Shown: positions 17,231 through 26,898 of the stretch, one piece after another
Numbering within the stretch: the first letter of the stretch is position 1
Layout: each line of letters opens with the position of its first letter
Origin: Labilibaculum sp.
GTDB taxonomy: Bacteria > Bacteroidota > Bacteroidia > Bacteroidales > Marinifilaceae
Length of the DNA: 32,016 nucleotides
Direction: 5' to 3'
NCBI GenBank assembly: GCA_016743925.1
Contig: JADGFH010000002.1
Span: 1 to 32,016, forward strand
Program-made: the position numbers and the translations under genes
The notes under the pieces: generated by a model
Told to the model about the DNA's origin: nothing
The model's input: only the letters and a program-made list of their open reading frames with translations
Databases searched by the model: none

Positions 17231-17704
17231 ATGAATAATAAAATTTCATTTGCATTAACCAATGAAGAAAAGAGTCAGGTAAATCAGGCAATAGAGGCTT
17301 TACAATCGGTATTGGAACCAAAGCTAATTACTTTAGCAGCCAGCGACAAAAGAGAATTGCCAAAAATGGGTGATAAAACCTTAGCATTTGTCGAGAAATC
17401 GCTTGAGTATGCGGGTATGTACCCTGGGTTTATTCCTGATTTTATAGATGTACCAGAAGCTGTAATAGATTTGGAAAGTGTAAAGGAATTGCGTCAATTG
17501 TTGATGCCATTGGAGCGAATAACCAACGAAATTGATGATACCATGACAATGGCCGGAAGTGAAGCTTACAGCTCATCTTTATCGGTATATAAAGTTTTAA
17601 AAAATGCTGCAAGTATGGGCCAACCTGGTGCAGCAGAAGCTAGTTACGAATTAAGGAACCGTTTTCCTGGCAAAAAGAAAGTGGCCAATACAGCCAGCGA
17701 GTAA
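17231..17704 (+). CDS. Hypothetical alpha-helical protein
   Basis: 157-aa ORF, A-rich Bacteroidota-type initiation region, amphipathic helical pattern, basic C-terminus RNRFPGKKK, own terminator. Confidence 0.85.
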   Translation: MNNKISFALTNEEKSQVNQAIEALQSVLEPKLITLAASDKRELPKMGDKTLAFVEKSLEYAGMYPGFIPDFIDVPEAVIDLESVKELRQLLMPLERITNEIDDTMTMAGSEAYSSSLSVYKVLKNAASMGQPGAAEASYELRNRFPGKKKVANTASE

Positions 17705-17746
17705 ATTATTAAGAATACTCTTTTTATAACTACATACAACTAACCG

Positions 17747-17773
17747 ACCCGAGCACTTGTGTTCGGGTTTTTT
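17747..17773 (+). terminator. Intrinsic terminator of 157-aa gene
   Basis: ACCCGAGCA-CTTG-TGTTCGGGT stem followed by a T run. Confidence 0.85.
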
Positions 17774-17821
17774 AATTTTATGCTTTGGTAAACGAACTCG
17801 CTTAATGTCTGTTTTAAATGA

Positions 17822-18115
17822 AAATTTCCTATCCAGAGAGGGAAATTTCCTACTTTGATAGGGAAGCATGCTAGTTGAAATGAGCAAATTCCCATTCTAA
17901 CAGCCCGCTTTACTTATAGGAGGGGCAAACGGCCTATATTTTTAAGCAAGCTTGCAATAATAAGAGCCAAGTTTCCTTTACTAGATATCGAGTTTGCGTG
18001 GGAGAGAGACATATTAGCCTAAAAATTGAGCAAGTTGCTTCATTTTTTACTTATGCTTGCTTTGCCAAGAGCTAAGTTCGTCTCTTTTAAAGAGAATGTT
18101 GGGAGCTAGAAAAGG
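17822..18115. repeat. Degenerate 21-bp-period tandem array (~14 units)
   Basis: Cut into 21-mers from 17822: position 1 A in 11/14, position 2 A in 11/14, position 5 T in 12/14, position 7 G/C in 13/14, position 8 C in 11/14, position 21 G/C in 12/14; first two units AAATTTCCTATCCAGAGAGGG and AAATTTCCTACTTTGATAGGG. Confidence 0.75.
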
Positions 18116-18351
18116 GATAGCCTCTTGTAATGCTTGTTCTGTGATTGTTTTTTCTCCTTGGTTTAGACCACACAGATCGTGACTTGCTATTTTTTTTGAT
18201 CTGTTTTAACTTGCTTTCCTTTATGATAATTGTTTAGATGGAGATAAGTGCCTTAATTGATTTCTTTTATCAATAATATGATAATCCGTAAAAAGGCTTT
18301 ACTTTTACCATCAAGAGATGAATAGAATATAGTGTTATTAAAAATATAAAA

Positions 18352-18549
18352 ATGAACGAGGGAACTAGAAGAGAAAATATTAAGCCAGGTATAAGCGTTA
18401 AAATTGTTTTAAAAGCCGATCAGCGAAGTGGAAAATTAACCGAAGGTATTGTGAAAGATTTACTAACCAATTCGTCGGTTCATCCACATGGTATTAAGGT
18501 GCGATTAGAAGACGGACAAGTAGGTCGCGTTCAGGAGATCGTAAAGTAA
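18352..18549 (+). CDS. YwbE family (DUF2196) protein
   Basis: IVLKADQRSGKLTEGIVKDLLTNS..HPHGIKVRLEDGQVGRV signature. Confidence 0.9.
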   Translation: MNEGTRRENIKPGISVKIVLKADQRSGKLTEGIVKDLLTNSSVHPHGIKVRLEDGQVGRVQEIVK

Positions 18550-18581
18550 ACGAAGTTATGTAAGGGTTTTTTCTGCCAATT

Positions 18582-18621
18582 ACAACAAAGCCACAATCAT
18601 TATAGTTTGTGGCTTTGTTGT
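18582..18621. terminator. Hairpin / probable bidirectional terminator
   Basis: ACAACAAAGCCACAA-N10-TTGTGGCTTTGTTGT perfect 15-bp inverted repeat between convergent genes. Confidence 0.75.
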
Positions 18622-18693
18622 GTTGTTTATAATTAAGTAGTGGTCTTTTTAATATTTTGTTATCCTACTAGATTCTTTTGTAGTGAGATGCAT

Positions 18694-21600
18694 TTACAAA
18701 TTAAATCGTTTCTTAAATTTCGTCTTCATCGATCGAGGAGCTAGAATGTAAGAGTAAGGATTCTTCTTAAGCGGGTCTTTAAATTCTCGTTTATCTTCTT
18801 TCATTTCGTGCAGAATATTATTGAATTCTTCATTGGAAGTTAGAACAAACATTACCCCATGATGGTATTGGAAGAAGAACCAGTTCGATTTATCAATTTC
18901 GAGATAAATACTTAAGCGGTTACCACTACGCTTTTTATCTAGTTCTATTTTTCCTTTTACACTTTTGTTGATTTGTTTATTGTTAATGTTTCCCAAACCA
19001 ATTTCGCCTATCGATTGGTAAGCCTTTCTTTCTTTATCCCAAATAAAATCGAGATTGTTAAAGTAAAGCGAATGAACCAGTTCGTTTGGAAGTATTTTAA
19101 ATATGCCATTAGCATCTACCTCTTGCATTGCTAACTCGGCTCTTTTTCGGCCCATTATTTCAGCAAGCTTTCTTGTATAGCTTTTGCTGTTAAGCTTACT
19201 GTGCTTTAAATTGGCTTGCAAAAAGCTATTCTCCATTATTTTCATGGCCTGTTCGTTCATAAAGAAATCGATACCATAAATAAGGTCTAGCGTAACAATA
19301 TCACTCGCTAAATCGTGTTCTATTTTACCTGCCGAAATCTGCTTTATTTGTCCTAATTCAGCCCCAAGATCGATAGCCCCTTGTCCGCTCATATTGCAAT
19401 TGTTCTGATAAAAAGTAAGTAAATTACCTATTGCATCTGCATCCTCTAATTTATCTTTAGAACCAATTTGATAAGCTTGTAATTTTGGGTTGAAAGTCAA
19501 AAATCCTTTCGCTTCTAATAGTACATTATCGGTGTAAAAAATACGCCTCGATAAGAAGGACGAGTAGATGTGAATAGAATCGTTGGTTAAGAAAAAACTA
19601 TTGTAGAGCTTCAAGCTTTCGTCATCTGTTACGTGTAAATCAACAGGAATAAAGATCTCTTTCGGATTAATTTTAGACGAGAAATCTAACCAATTATCAT
19701 TAATTGTTTCGCATTGGTTATGAATTTTTGTTTGACCAGAAAAGAAAAGCGATTTCTCTTTAGCTTCTAATCTAACCTTTCCTTTGTAATCGAAGTCAGG
19801 GCTCAGAGTGAAAGATTCATCTTCCGATAGATTGCCCATGGCAATTGTTTGCCCTAAACTGTCAACATCAATTACATCAAAAAGTAATTCTTGTTCTTTT
19901 TCTTGCGCATCAATATAGGTGTAATTTCCAGATCCAGAGTAGGACTTTTTGCCATGAACATTAATGGTCGCATTAAATATTTTGTGATAAGAGTTGATCG
20001 TATCTGCACTTACCGTAGAATTACGAAGCGTTTGCATAATTCCCTCATTCTCTATATTAATTTCTCCTTTATCAGGATAAATTTTTGCATCAGCTACATC
20101 AATGTTTGTAACAAATTTAGCCTTTATGCTATGATCTATTGCACTGTAGCGAGCGAAAGGGGTGAGGAAGCTTAAGGAATCTTGTTTCATGCTTGTAGAA
20201 ATGAATTCATTGTAAGCAATCTTGGGTAAAGAATCCATTTTATCTTGTTCCCATAAATTGGCCAACTGAATTTCATCTTCTTTCCCAAAAACGAGTTGCT
20301 GTGCGTCAATTTCCCAGCCAAAGTTATTGATATAGCACATGTATCGATTGGTGGGGAATCTACTCAAATTACCCTCTTTGGTGCTCTCAAACTTTCCAGT
20401 ACGCGTATTAAAGTCAACATATGCTCTTACATCATTACTTTCAAAAGCATAATCTTCTGTTTCTGCATTTTTAATTTTAAAACTTGCTGTATCTGCAACA
20501 ATGGTTTTAGGAGTGTAGGTAAAGTATTCTGAGTTTAACTCCGCATTAACCAATTCCATATTTCCCACACCTGTGATTTCTTCTGGTGTAATTTTTAAGG
20601 TTCCGGCAAGTGATGCTAATTTCTTATACATGTCAAGAGGAAGGGCGGTACTTTTCACATAAAGCTCTTCTTTGTAAGGGTGCCATTCTGCAAAAATATC
20701 TTCACCATTAACTTCCGGATTATTCATGTGTGAAGCAAGTTCCTTTAGTTCGAAGCTTTCTGCTTTAGTTGTCATTATTTCTGGTCTAAATACAAATTCC
20801 TTCGATTTGGTAATAGAGGTAAGATAGTTTAGGCTTCCATTTCCTTTTAAGCCTGCATTAGATAGGTGAATGGTATCTGTAAACACTCCTTTTCCATATG
20901 CTGGTAGTCCATCTGCTGGTGTTGTATGATAGAAACCAAGAGAATTATCTTCATTAATACTCAGCGTTTCTCTAAAGGTTGGGAAAATACTATCCGACAC
21001 AAATGTACCATTCAGTGTGATATCTTCCCTCTTAAAATCATTTATATTATTGATTGTGTACGGATCGACTTTAAAATAGAACTCCTCTTTTTTATAAACT
21101 CCATCTTGTGTTTTTTTACTGTCGTAATATACGTACGAGGAGTCTGAACTATTAAAAATTGGGTATTCATCGAAGTTCTCACGTCCAGATTTATTGTTCG
21201 GATCATCAATTAATAAATCCCCCGATATTTTTTCGATAACACTACCTAATTGGTTTGTATATCTTTTACCATATTTGGATAAAGTGTCATTTACAATATT
21301 AATTTGCAGAGAGTCGATAAGATCCAGATCGATTTTGAAATTCTCATAGGAGAAATAGAAATCCGATCCATACATGTCTAACAAACCTGCCATGATTTTT
21401 CCGTCAAATTGAAAATCTCTGTTCTTTTTAAGTGTGATTTTTTTATGTTTTGGGAAGATTACTACATTTTGAGAATCGCTAACCGCGATGTGTTTTACGC
21501 CATTAATGTCCAGATTGTAGCTACCCATTCTAAGCGTGGCGTCATCTTCATTATTTTCAGTTTGAGTAGAAAATCGAATTACGTCATAATCTTGCAATCC

Positions 21601-23166
21601 CATCCCTGATTTTATGTAATCTGTTAAGCGTTGATTTAGTGTGATTTCATCTGTGTTGCGATTGTAACTCACAAATCCTTGAAAGGATAAACCCAATAAT
21701 TGTTGTCGAACCTGGTTGACTGGTTTTTTAATATAGTTGGCATATTCCATAGCGGTAAAGGTTTCCACATAAGAATATTCAGCATATTTTTTTAAAAGGA
21801 CCAATGGGTTAGCATCGTCCATTCCTTGTATTTTCATAAATCGATTGATACTGAAAAAGTTCATGGATTCGAAGCGAGCCTGACGTTTGGTTGCTCCTTT
21901 CATACTCCTAAAATGCATCAGATTTTCATCCATATTCCAAATTAGCATTCCAAAATCCATAATTAAATTGTGAAATGTGTTGAAATAAGGACTTAATGCA
22001 ATGCCCTCTCCATCTCGAATCAGATTCACTTCTTTCTTATTCGTGAAGTATTTGAATAGTAATCCTGGATGATAAATTTGGCAGGTGTCAATAAGTATTT
22101 CAATTTCTGTGTCTTTACCTACAATTCTATCGTTCTGAAAGGCAAAATGCTCCGAAGTAGCTCGAAGGAATAAGGTGTCGTGGCGTGAGAGTTCAATTAC
22201 CGAAGGAATTTCAGAACTTCCTTTTCCCAGAAATTTGGCTCCATGAATGGCGATACCACCTTTGTAATCTAAATTTTCGAACAGTTTTTTAATTTTAATT
22301 TCTTTTTCGAAAGATTCAAAACGAGGGTAAATTGCTTTTTCAGGATTCTTCACAGAATTCATTTTCTCTGATATTTTTCCTTTAATCTGCTTTTGAAAAA
22401 GAGCTGAGTTATAATAGTTAGCGGTATCAATTTCAAATGTTGATTTTTTTGTATTGATCGTGTAAGAATCAAAAGTTGCATATTCTTCTGATTCTTTTTT
22501 TCCTGCTCGCTCCCAGGTTATTTTACCTTTGTTGCCAATCCATTTTTTTTCGAAAGGGAAGTAAGTTCCACTGGTGCTGTATATGCATGAGCTATCGCGT
22601 TGTGCAAAGCAATAAAGATCTGCCTGATCAAATTTCACAGTAAGCTGTTGGTCAAATTGGAATTTAAATTTAGCGTTTTTTGCCTTCCATTTAGTTGTAT
22701 AAGATTCGTGGATAATCGTATCCTGCAGCAATTTTTGTGTTTGCACAAGAAAGTCCTTAGTGGCACTTAGTTTGTTTTTCTTGTTTTTTATTTGGATTAA
22801 TAATCCTTGTTCCCAATTCGCATATTCCTTCTTATCTCTGTTCTGCTTCTGAAAAAGCATTAAGGCCTTAAAATAATTATAAAAGTCAGGGAACGATCTA
22901 GCTTTTTTAAGTAAGAATAAATCACATATTTCGTAAATGTTTTGCCTCTCTATAGCGGTCATTTCAGAGGATAGCCAAAAGCCAGGGAATTGCTCTTTAA
23001 ATTCCTTGTTCTCCTTTTTCTTGGTAGGATGATCCATGAATTTTAGAAACTCATCCTGAAACTGTAGTGAATCATGAGGAAACGACTTTAAACTTTGAGC
23101 TGTAATTGCATCTGGAGATACGATTGTTCCGACAAAGAAAACAAGAAAAATAAGTAGCTTATTCAT
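18694..23166 (-). CDS. Large secreted beta-rich hypothetical protein (~1490 aa)
   Basis: Start at ATG 23166 gives signal peptide MNKLLIFLVFFVGTIVSPDAITA-Q; helical N-terminus followed by long alternating beta-strand-like sequence; no catalytic motif recognised. Confidence 0.85.
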   Translation of the reverse strand: MNKLLIFLVFFVGTIVSPDAITAQSLKSFPHDSLQFQDEFLKFMDHPTKKKENKEFKEQFPGFWLSSEMTAIERQNIYEICDLFLLKKARSFPDFYNYFKALMLFQKQNRDKKEYANWEQGLLIQIKNKKNKLSATKDFLVQTQKLLQDTIIHESYTTKWKAKNAKFKFQFDQQLTVKFDQADLYCFAQRDSSCIYSTSGTYFPFEKKWIGNKGKITWERAGKKESEEYATFDSYTINTKKSTFEIDTANYYNSALFQKQIKGKISEKMNSVKNPEKAIYPRFESFEKEIKIKKLFENLDYKGGIAIHGAKFLGKGSSEIPSVIELSRHDTLFLRATSEHFAFQNDRIVGKDTEIEILIDTCQIYHPGLLFKYFTNKKEVNLIRDGEGIALSPYFNTFHNLIMDFGMLIWNMDENLMHFRSMKGATKRQARFESMNFFSINRFMKIQGMDDANPLVLLKKYAEYSYVETFTAMEYANYIKKPVNQVRQQLLGLSFQGFVSYNRNTDEITLNQRLTDYIKSGMGLQDYDVIRFSTQTENNEDDATLRMGSYNLDINGVKHIAVSDSQNVVIFPKHKKITLKKNRDFQFDGKIMAGLLDMYGSDFYFSYENFKIDLDLIDSLQINIVNDTLSKYGKRYTNQLGSVIEKISGDLLIDDPNNKSGRENFDEYPIFNSSDSSYVYYDSKKTQDGVYKKEEFYFKVDPYTINNINDFKREDITLNGTFVSDSIFPTFRETLSINEDNSLGFYHTTPADGLPAYGKGVFTDTIHLSNAGLKGNGSLNYLTSITKSKEFVFRPEIMTTKAESFELKELASHMNNPEVNGEDIFAEWHPYKEELYVKSTALPLDMYKKLASLAGTLKITPEEITGVGNMELVNAELNSEYFTYTPKTIVADTASFKIKNAETEDYAFESNDVRAYVDFNTRTGKFESTKEGNLSRFPTNRYMCYINNFGWEIDAQQLVFGKEDEIQLANLWEQDKMDSLPKIAYNEFISTSMKQDSLSFLTPFARYSAIDHSIKAKFVTNIDVADAKIYPDKGEINIENEGIMQTLRNSTVSADTINSYHKIFNATINVHGKKSYSGSGNYTYIDAQEKEQELLFDVIDVDSLGQTIAMGNLSEDESFTLSPDFDYKGKVRLEAKEKSLFFSGQTKIHNQCETINDNWLDFSSKINPKEIFIPVDLHVTDDESLKLYNSFFLTNDSIHIYSSFLSRRIFYTDNVLLEAKGFLTFNPKLQAYQIGSKDKLEDADAIGNLLTFYQNNCNMSGQGAIDLGAELGQIKQISAGKIEHDLASDIVTLDLIYGIDFFMNEQAMKIMENSFLQANLKHSKLNSKSYTRKLAEIMGRKRAELAMQEVDANGIFKILPNELVHSLYFNNLDFIWDKERKAYQSIGEIGLGNINNKQINKSVKGKIELDKKRSGNRLSIYLEIDKSNWFFFQYHHGVMFVLTSNEEFNNILHEMKEDKREFKDPLKKNPYSYILAPRSMKTKFKKRFNL

Positions 23167-23238
23167 TGTAAATGAAATTTCGGATATAGATAAATTTGCT
23201 ATGCAATTTAACAAATTTGAGGGAATATGGAAAGTGAA

Positions 23239-23284
23239 ATGCCGGTTCTGTGTCCTCGATGTAAGGATTCACAGTTACCGGCAT
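23239..23284 (-). other. Long interrupted hairpin between prmA and the large hypothetical gene
   Basis: Plus strand ATGCCGGT-T-CTGTG-TCCT-loop-AGGA-TT-CACAG-TT-ACCGGCAT; on the minus strand it is followed by TTCACTTT. Confidence 0.55.
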
Positions 23285-23290
23285 GAGGTA

Positions 23291-24133
23291 TTATTTTTTT
23301 GTGAAGCGAACGGCTACCCAGTTCAAATCAACTTTATGGCTATTGTATTCTAGATTATTCTTTTTTGCTTCATCCTGAATGTAGGATAAATCTTCCGTAT
23401 AGAAACCACTCATAATAAGTTGACCTCCTATTGGTAGGCAAGCAACGTAACGTTTCATATCGTTCAATAAGATATTTCTGTTGATGTTGGCGAGAACAAT
23501 GTCGTACTTCTTTCCCTCGAGTAAAGCAGCATCTCCCAGATAAACAGAAACATTATCTACACCGTTATTTTTGATGTTCTCGAGAGAGTTTTTGTAAGGC
23601 CATTCATCGATGTCAATCGCATCAACTTTAGTGGCATTTCTTTGCGAAGCTAAAATGGCTAGTAAGCTTGTACCACAGCCCATATCTAATACAGTTTTAC
23701 CAGCTAATTCTGTTTCTAGAATTGATTGTACCATTAATGAGGTAGTGGAATGATGTCCAGTTCCAAATGACATTTTAGGATCAATTACAATATCGTGAGG
23801 TACTTTGGGCGTATCGGTATGAAAAGAGGCTCGAATAACAACTTGGTCCGAAATAATAACAGGGCTAAAATTAGATTCCCACACTGCATTCCAATCTTGA
23901 GATTCGATTGTTTTATGCGAGTAGCTTAATGTAAAGGGAGCATTAGATAAATGGTTTAAGCTAATTTCTTTTACAGCTTCCATGTCAAATAATGGAACTT
24001 GTATGTATGCTTCAACTGCATCGTCACTTTGAGTAAAACTTTCATAATCTAATTCTCCGAGTTCGGCAATTAGAATCTCCGCTATTTCTTCCGTAAATGG
24101 TTGAATTTGGCACTTCAATTCAATGTAATCCAT
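23291..24133 (-). CDS. prmA: Ribosomal protein L11 methyltransferase
   Basis: DWNAVWE, IDPKMSFGTGHHSTT, VLDMGCGT, AIDID, LANINRN, SGFY. Confidence 0.96.
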   Translation of the reverse strand: MDYIELKCQIQPFTEEIAEILIAELGELDYESFTQSDDAVEAYIQVPLFDMEAVKEISLNHLSNAPFTLSYSHKTIESQDWNAVWESNFSPVIISDQVVIRASFHTDTPKVPHDIVIDPKMSFGTGHHSTTSLMVQSILETELAGKTVLDMGCGTSLLAILASQRNATKVDAIDIDEWPYKNSLENIKNNGVDNVSVYLGDAALLEGKKYDIVLANINRNILLNDMKRYVACLPIGGQLIMSGFYTEDLSYIQDEAKKNNLEYNSHKVDLNWVAVRFTKK

Positions 24134-24187
24134 TGTGTTGATATTAGTTGATTGTATTGTAAGTTATATTAATCTATTTCGAAAAAC

Positions 24188-24215
24188 AAAAGCCGATACA
24201 ATCGTATCGGCTTTT
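24188..24215 (-). terminator. Intrinsic terminator downstream of tpiA
   Basis: AAAAGCCGATAC-AATC-GTATCGGCTTTT perfect 12-bp inverted repeat, 20 bp after the tpiA stop. Confidence 0.85.
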
Positions 24216-24235
24216 ATAATAAGGTATTTACGCGA

Positions 24236-24991
24236 CTAAAATGCAGAGATAATTCCCATGAAATCTTCTGCTTGAAGAGAAGCTCCACCAATTAATCCAC
24301 CATCTACATCAGCATTTGCGAATAATTCTTTAGCGTTTGAAGGTTTGCAGCTACCACCGTAAAGGATAGAAGTGTTATCAGCAACTTCTTGACCATACTT
24401 TTCAATTAAAGTTTTACGGATAAATGCATGCATTTCTTGTGCTTGATCAGAAGAAGCAGTTACGCCTGTTCCAATTGCCCAAACTGGTTCGTAGGCCAAA
24501 ACAACTTTACCGAAATCTTCAGCTGATAAGTTGAATAAACCGTCAGCAATCTGACCTTTAACAACATCAAAATGCTTTTCTGATTGACGCTCTTCTAAAA
24601 CTTCACCAAAACAGAAAATAGGAGTTAATCCACTTTCAAGACTTAGTTTTACTTTTTTAACCAATTTTTCGCTGGTTTCATTATAATATTCTCTACGTTC
24701 CGAGTGTCCAAGAATAACATACTTGCTACCTGTCGATTTAATCATTGAAACAGATACCTCACCTGTATAAGCTCCACTAGTTTCGTCAGCACAGTTTTGT
24801 GCAGCAACGCCAATTTTATCACCAACAATCTTGTTAACTTCAGTTAGGTGAACAAAAGGAGTACCAATAACTACATCTACACCATTAATCCCAGCTTTCT
24901 CAACTAAATCATTGATTTGTCCCGCCAACACAATACCTTCTTCGATTGTATTGTTCATTTTCCAGTTTCCTGCAACAATTTTCTTTCTCAT
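24236..24991 (-). CDS. tpiA: Triosephosphate isomerase
   Basis: [49 protein letters not shown]; start at ATG 24991 overlaps the upstream TGA (ATGA). Confidence 0.98.
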   Translation of the reverse strand: MRKKIVAGNWKMNNTIEEGIVLAGQINDLVEKAGINGVDVVIGTPFVHLTEVNKIVGDKIGVAAQNCADETSGAYTGEVSVSMIKSTGSKYVILGHSERREYYNETSEKLVKKVKLSLESGLTPIFCFGEVLEERQSEKHFDVVKGQIADGLFNLSAEDFGKVVLAYEPVWAIGTGVTASSDQAQEMHAFIRKTLIEKYGQEVADNTSILYGGSCKPSNAKELFANADVDGGLIGGASLQAEDFMGIISAF

Positions 24992-26241
24992 AATCGTAAT
25001 CTGTTTTTTGCTCCTGTAAAACGAATTCTTATCCAACTAAAAAGAACCAGCAACAGTAGCAAAGTTGATGTAATACTAATAATAAATAGATTGATATTAA
25101 GTGTTTGATGTTTCGTGATTGAGTAGGCAGTAAGATCTCCTTTTAATTCTTCAACATTTGGAAAATCTCTAAAATGCCATTTATCTAGAATGGTTCCCTT
25201 TTTTAAGAGAAGCAAGCCAGGATTAGAACGGATAATTGTTTTTAATTGAATTTCATCCGTATTGTAAAATTCAAATGGTAGCTCATTTGTAGTCTTAAAA
25301 TCTTGCATAATATCATCTCCTGATGCCGTTAAGCCAATCATTGTGATGTTATTTGAAAATGAATAATATGCGATTTCTTTTATTTTTAACAATGCACTTT
25401 CGTTGATTTTATTAAGATTTTTAGAGACTAAAATGAAAATGTAATCTTCATTCGAAAGTACTTGATTTGTAATATCTCCTTCTGTTTCGTTAGAGATGGT
25501 AAAATCATGAATAGGAGGAGTGTATCCTTCTTTTATTATTATCTGCTCAGAATCTACAAATTTCCATGTTGTATCCTGCCAAGGGTAGTTGATTTCATCA
25601 AATTCTTTTACTTCACCAGCTTTCTCATATTTAAAGAAGCTTTTGTATTCATCCGAAGCAGCTCCTTCTGGAATTATCATTCCATCACTAATGTTAGCGC
25701 CAATATGGTAAGGACGAAAATCGATTAGCGGTAAATGACGATAAGAATAAGTTGAAATTCCAATGGAGACAATTAGAGAAAAAACAATAAGTAGGTTTTG
25801 TTCTAATCTTGTTTCTTGTTTTTCAATTTTATTTCTTCTGGAAAATACGATTAAGGTTAAAGCCAGAATAATGATATTCTTACCAAAAGTTTCCCAATTG
25901 GTCAATACTAGAGCATCGCCAAAGCATCCACAGTCGGTTACCGGATTCGTAATTGCCAATATAAGTGTAAGCGGGGTAAAAAATAACATGAAAATAAGAG
26001 CAAGGTATGCCGTAATTTTCATTCTTGCATTAAATAGTAAGGCTAATCCTACGGTAAATTCAAGAGTTGATAATATAATGGCAAGAGGAAATGCAACATC
26101 TATAAAACTATCCATGCCAAAGGCTAGGAAATAATCTGTGAATTTAAATGTCGAGCCCATGGGATCGACCGCTTTCACAAATCCAGAGAAAATAAATAGG
26201 AGGCCAACTAATAGGCGACTAACAAATTGTACCACTTTCAT
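24988..26241 (-). CDS. BT_3928-family DoxX/MauE-like membrane protein
   Basis: [37 protein letters not shown]; five N-terminal TMs, a soluble thioredoxin-like region and a C-terminal TM. Confidence 0.8.
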   Translation of the reverse strand: MKVVQFVSRLLVGLLFIFSGFVKAVDPMGSTFKFTDYFLAFGMDSFIDVAFPLAIILSTLEFTVGLALLFNARMKITAYLALIFMLFFTPLTLILAITNPVTDCGCFGDALVLTNWETFGKNIIILALTLIVFSRRNKIEKQETRLEQNLLIVFSLIVSIGISTYSYRHLPLIDFRPYHIGANISDGMIIPEGAASDEYKSFFKYEKAGEVKEFDEINYPWQDTTWKFVDSEQIIIKEGYTPPIHDFTISNETEGDITNQVLSNEDYIFILVSKNLNKINESALLKIKEIAYYSFSNNITMIGLTASGDDIMQDFKTTNELPFEFYNTDEIQLKTIIRSNPGLLLLKKGTILDKWHFRDFPNVEELKGDLTAYSITKHQTLNINLFIISITSTLLLLLVLFSWIRIRFTGAKNRLRL

Positions 26242-26254
26242 GATATTTCAAAAT

Positions 26255-26800
26255 TTATTTAGCGTTTTCGAATTCAATTTTAATAAGGCCAAAAACAGCG
26301 TAATTAATCATGTCAAAGTAATTGGCGTCGATACCTTCAGATATTAATGTTTTCCCTTGTAAATCTTCAATTTGCTTAGTTCTATTAATTTTCATTAGAA
26401 TTAAGTCAGTGTAAGAACTCACTCGCATGCTACGCCAAGCTTCGTCGTAATCATGATTTTTGGCATCCATTAATTCTTTTGCCTCAGTAAAATATTTAAG
26501 ATATAATTCTAGAGCTTTTTCAGAGTCAAGTTCTTCTTCGGAAGGGCCTAGTTCCAATTGTACAATTCCCATAATGGAGTAATTTACAATCCCGATAAAT
26601 TCGTCACGAATATTATCTTCAATTTTACTAGTACCCTTGGTTTCAATGCTTCTAATGCGTTGAGCTTTGATATATATTTGGTCGGTTATGGAACTTGGAC
26701 GAAGAATTCTCCAAGCGGTTCCGTAATCGTGCATTTTTTTAGTGAAGATATCTGTACAGATTTTAATAATCGTATTGTACTGTTGTTCTGTTTTATTCAT
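26255..26800 (-). CDS. DUF1599 domain protein (tandem domains)
   Basis: Internal duplication KKMHDYGTAWR...IVNY and AKNHDYDEAWR...MINY; start placed at ATG 26800. Confidence 0.85.
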   Translation of the reverse strand: MNKTEQQYNTIIKICTDIFTKKMHDYGTAWRILRPSSITDQIYIKAQRIRSIETKGTSKIEDNIRDEFIGIVNYSIMGIVQLELGPSEEELDSEKALELYLKYFTEAKELMDAKNHDYDEAWRSMRVSSYTDLILMKINRTKQIEDLQGKTLISEGIDANYFDMINYAVFGLIKIEFENAK

Positions 26801-26862
26801 AATTTGTTTTAGAAATTTCCCCTCAAAAATAAGAATTTCAGCCAAGCCATGGTATTTTATTT

Positions 26863-26870
26863 TACTTTTG
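26863..26870 (+). promoter_or_regulatory. Candidate -7 promoter element for folP
   Basis: TACTTTTG(C) matches TAnnTTTG, 28 bp upstream of ATG 26899. Confidence 0.5.
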
Positions 26871-26898
26871 CTTCGGAATTTGTTCAAGAAATTTGATT

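Noticed and set aside
17651-17887. 78-aa minus-strand ORF with SMLPYQS-RKFPSLD-RKFSFKT heptads
   Set aside because: Covers only the first three array units, runs through the terminator and overlaps the 157-aa gene antisense; most likely a by-product of the DNA periodicity
17822-18115. Array as CRISPR
   Set aside because: Period is only 21 bp, there are no identical repeats with 30-40 bp spacers and no cas genes
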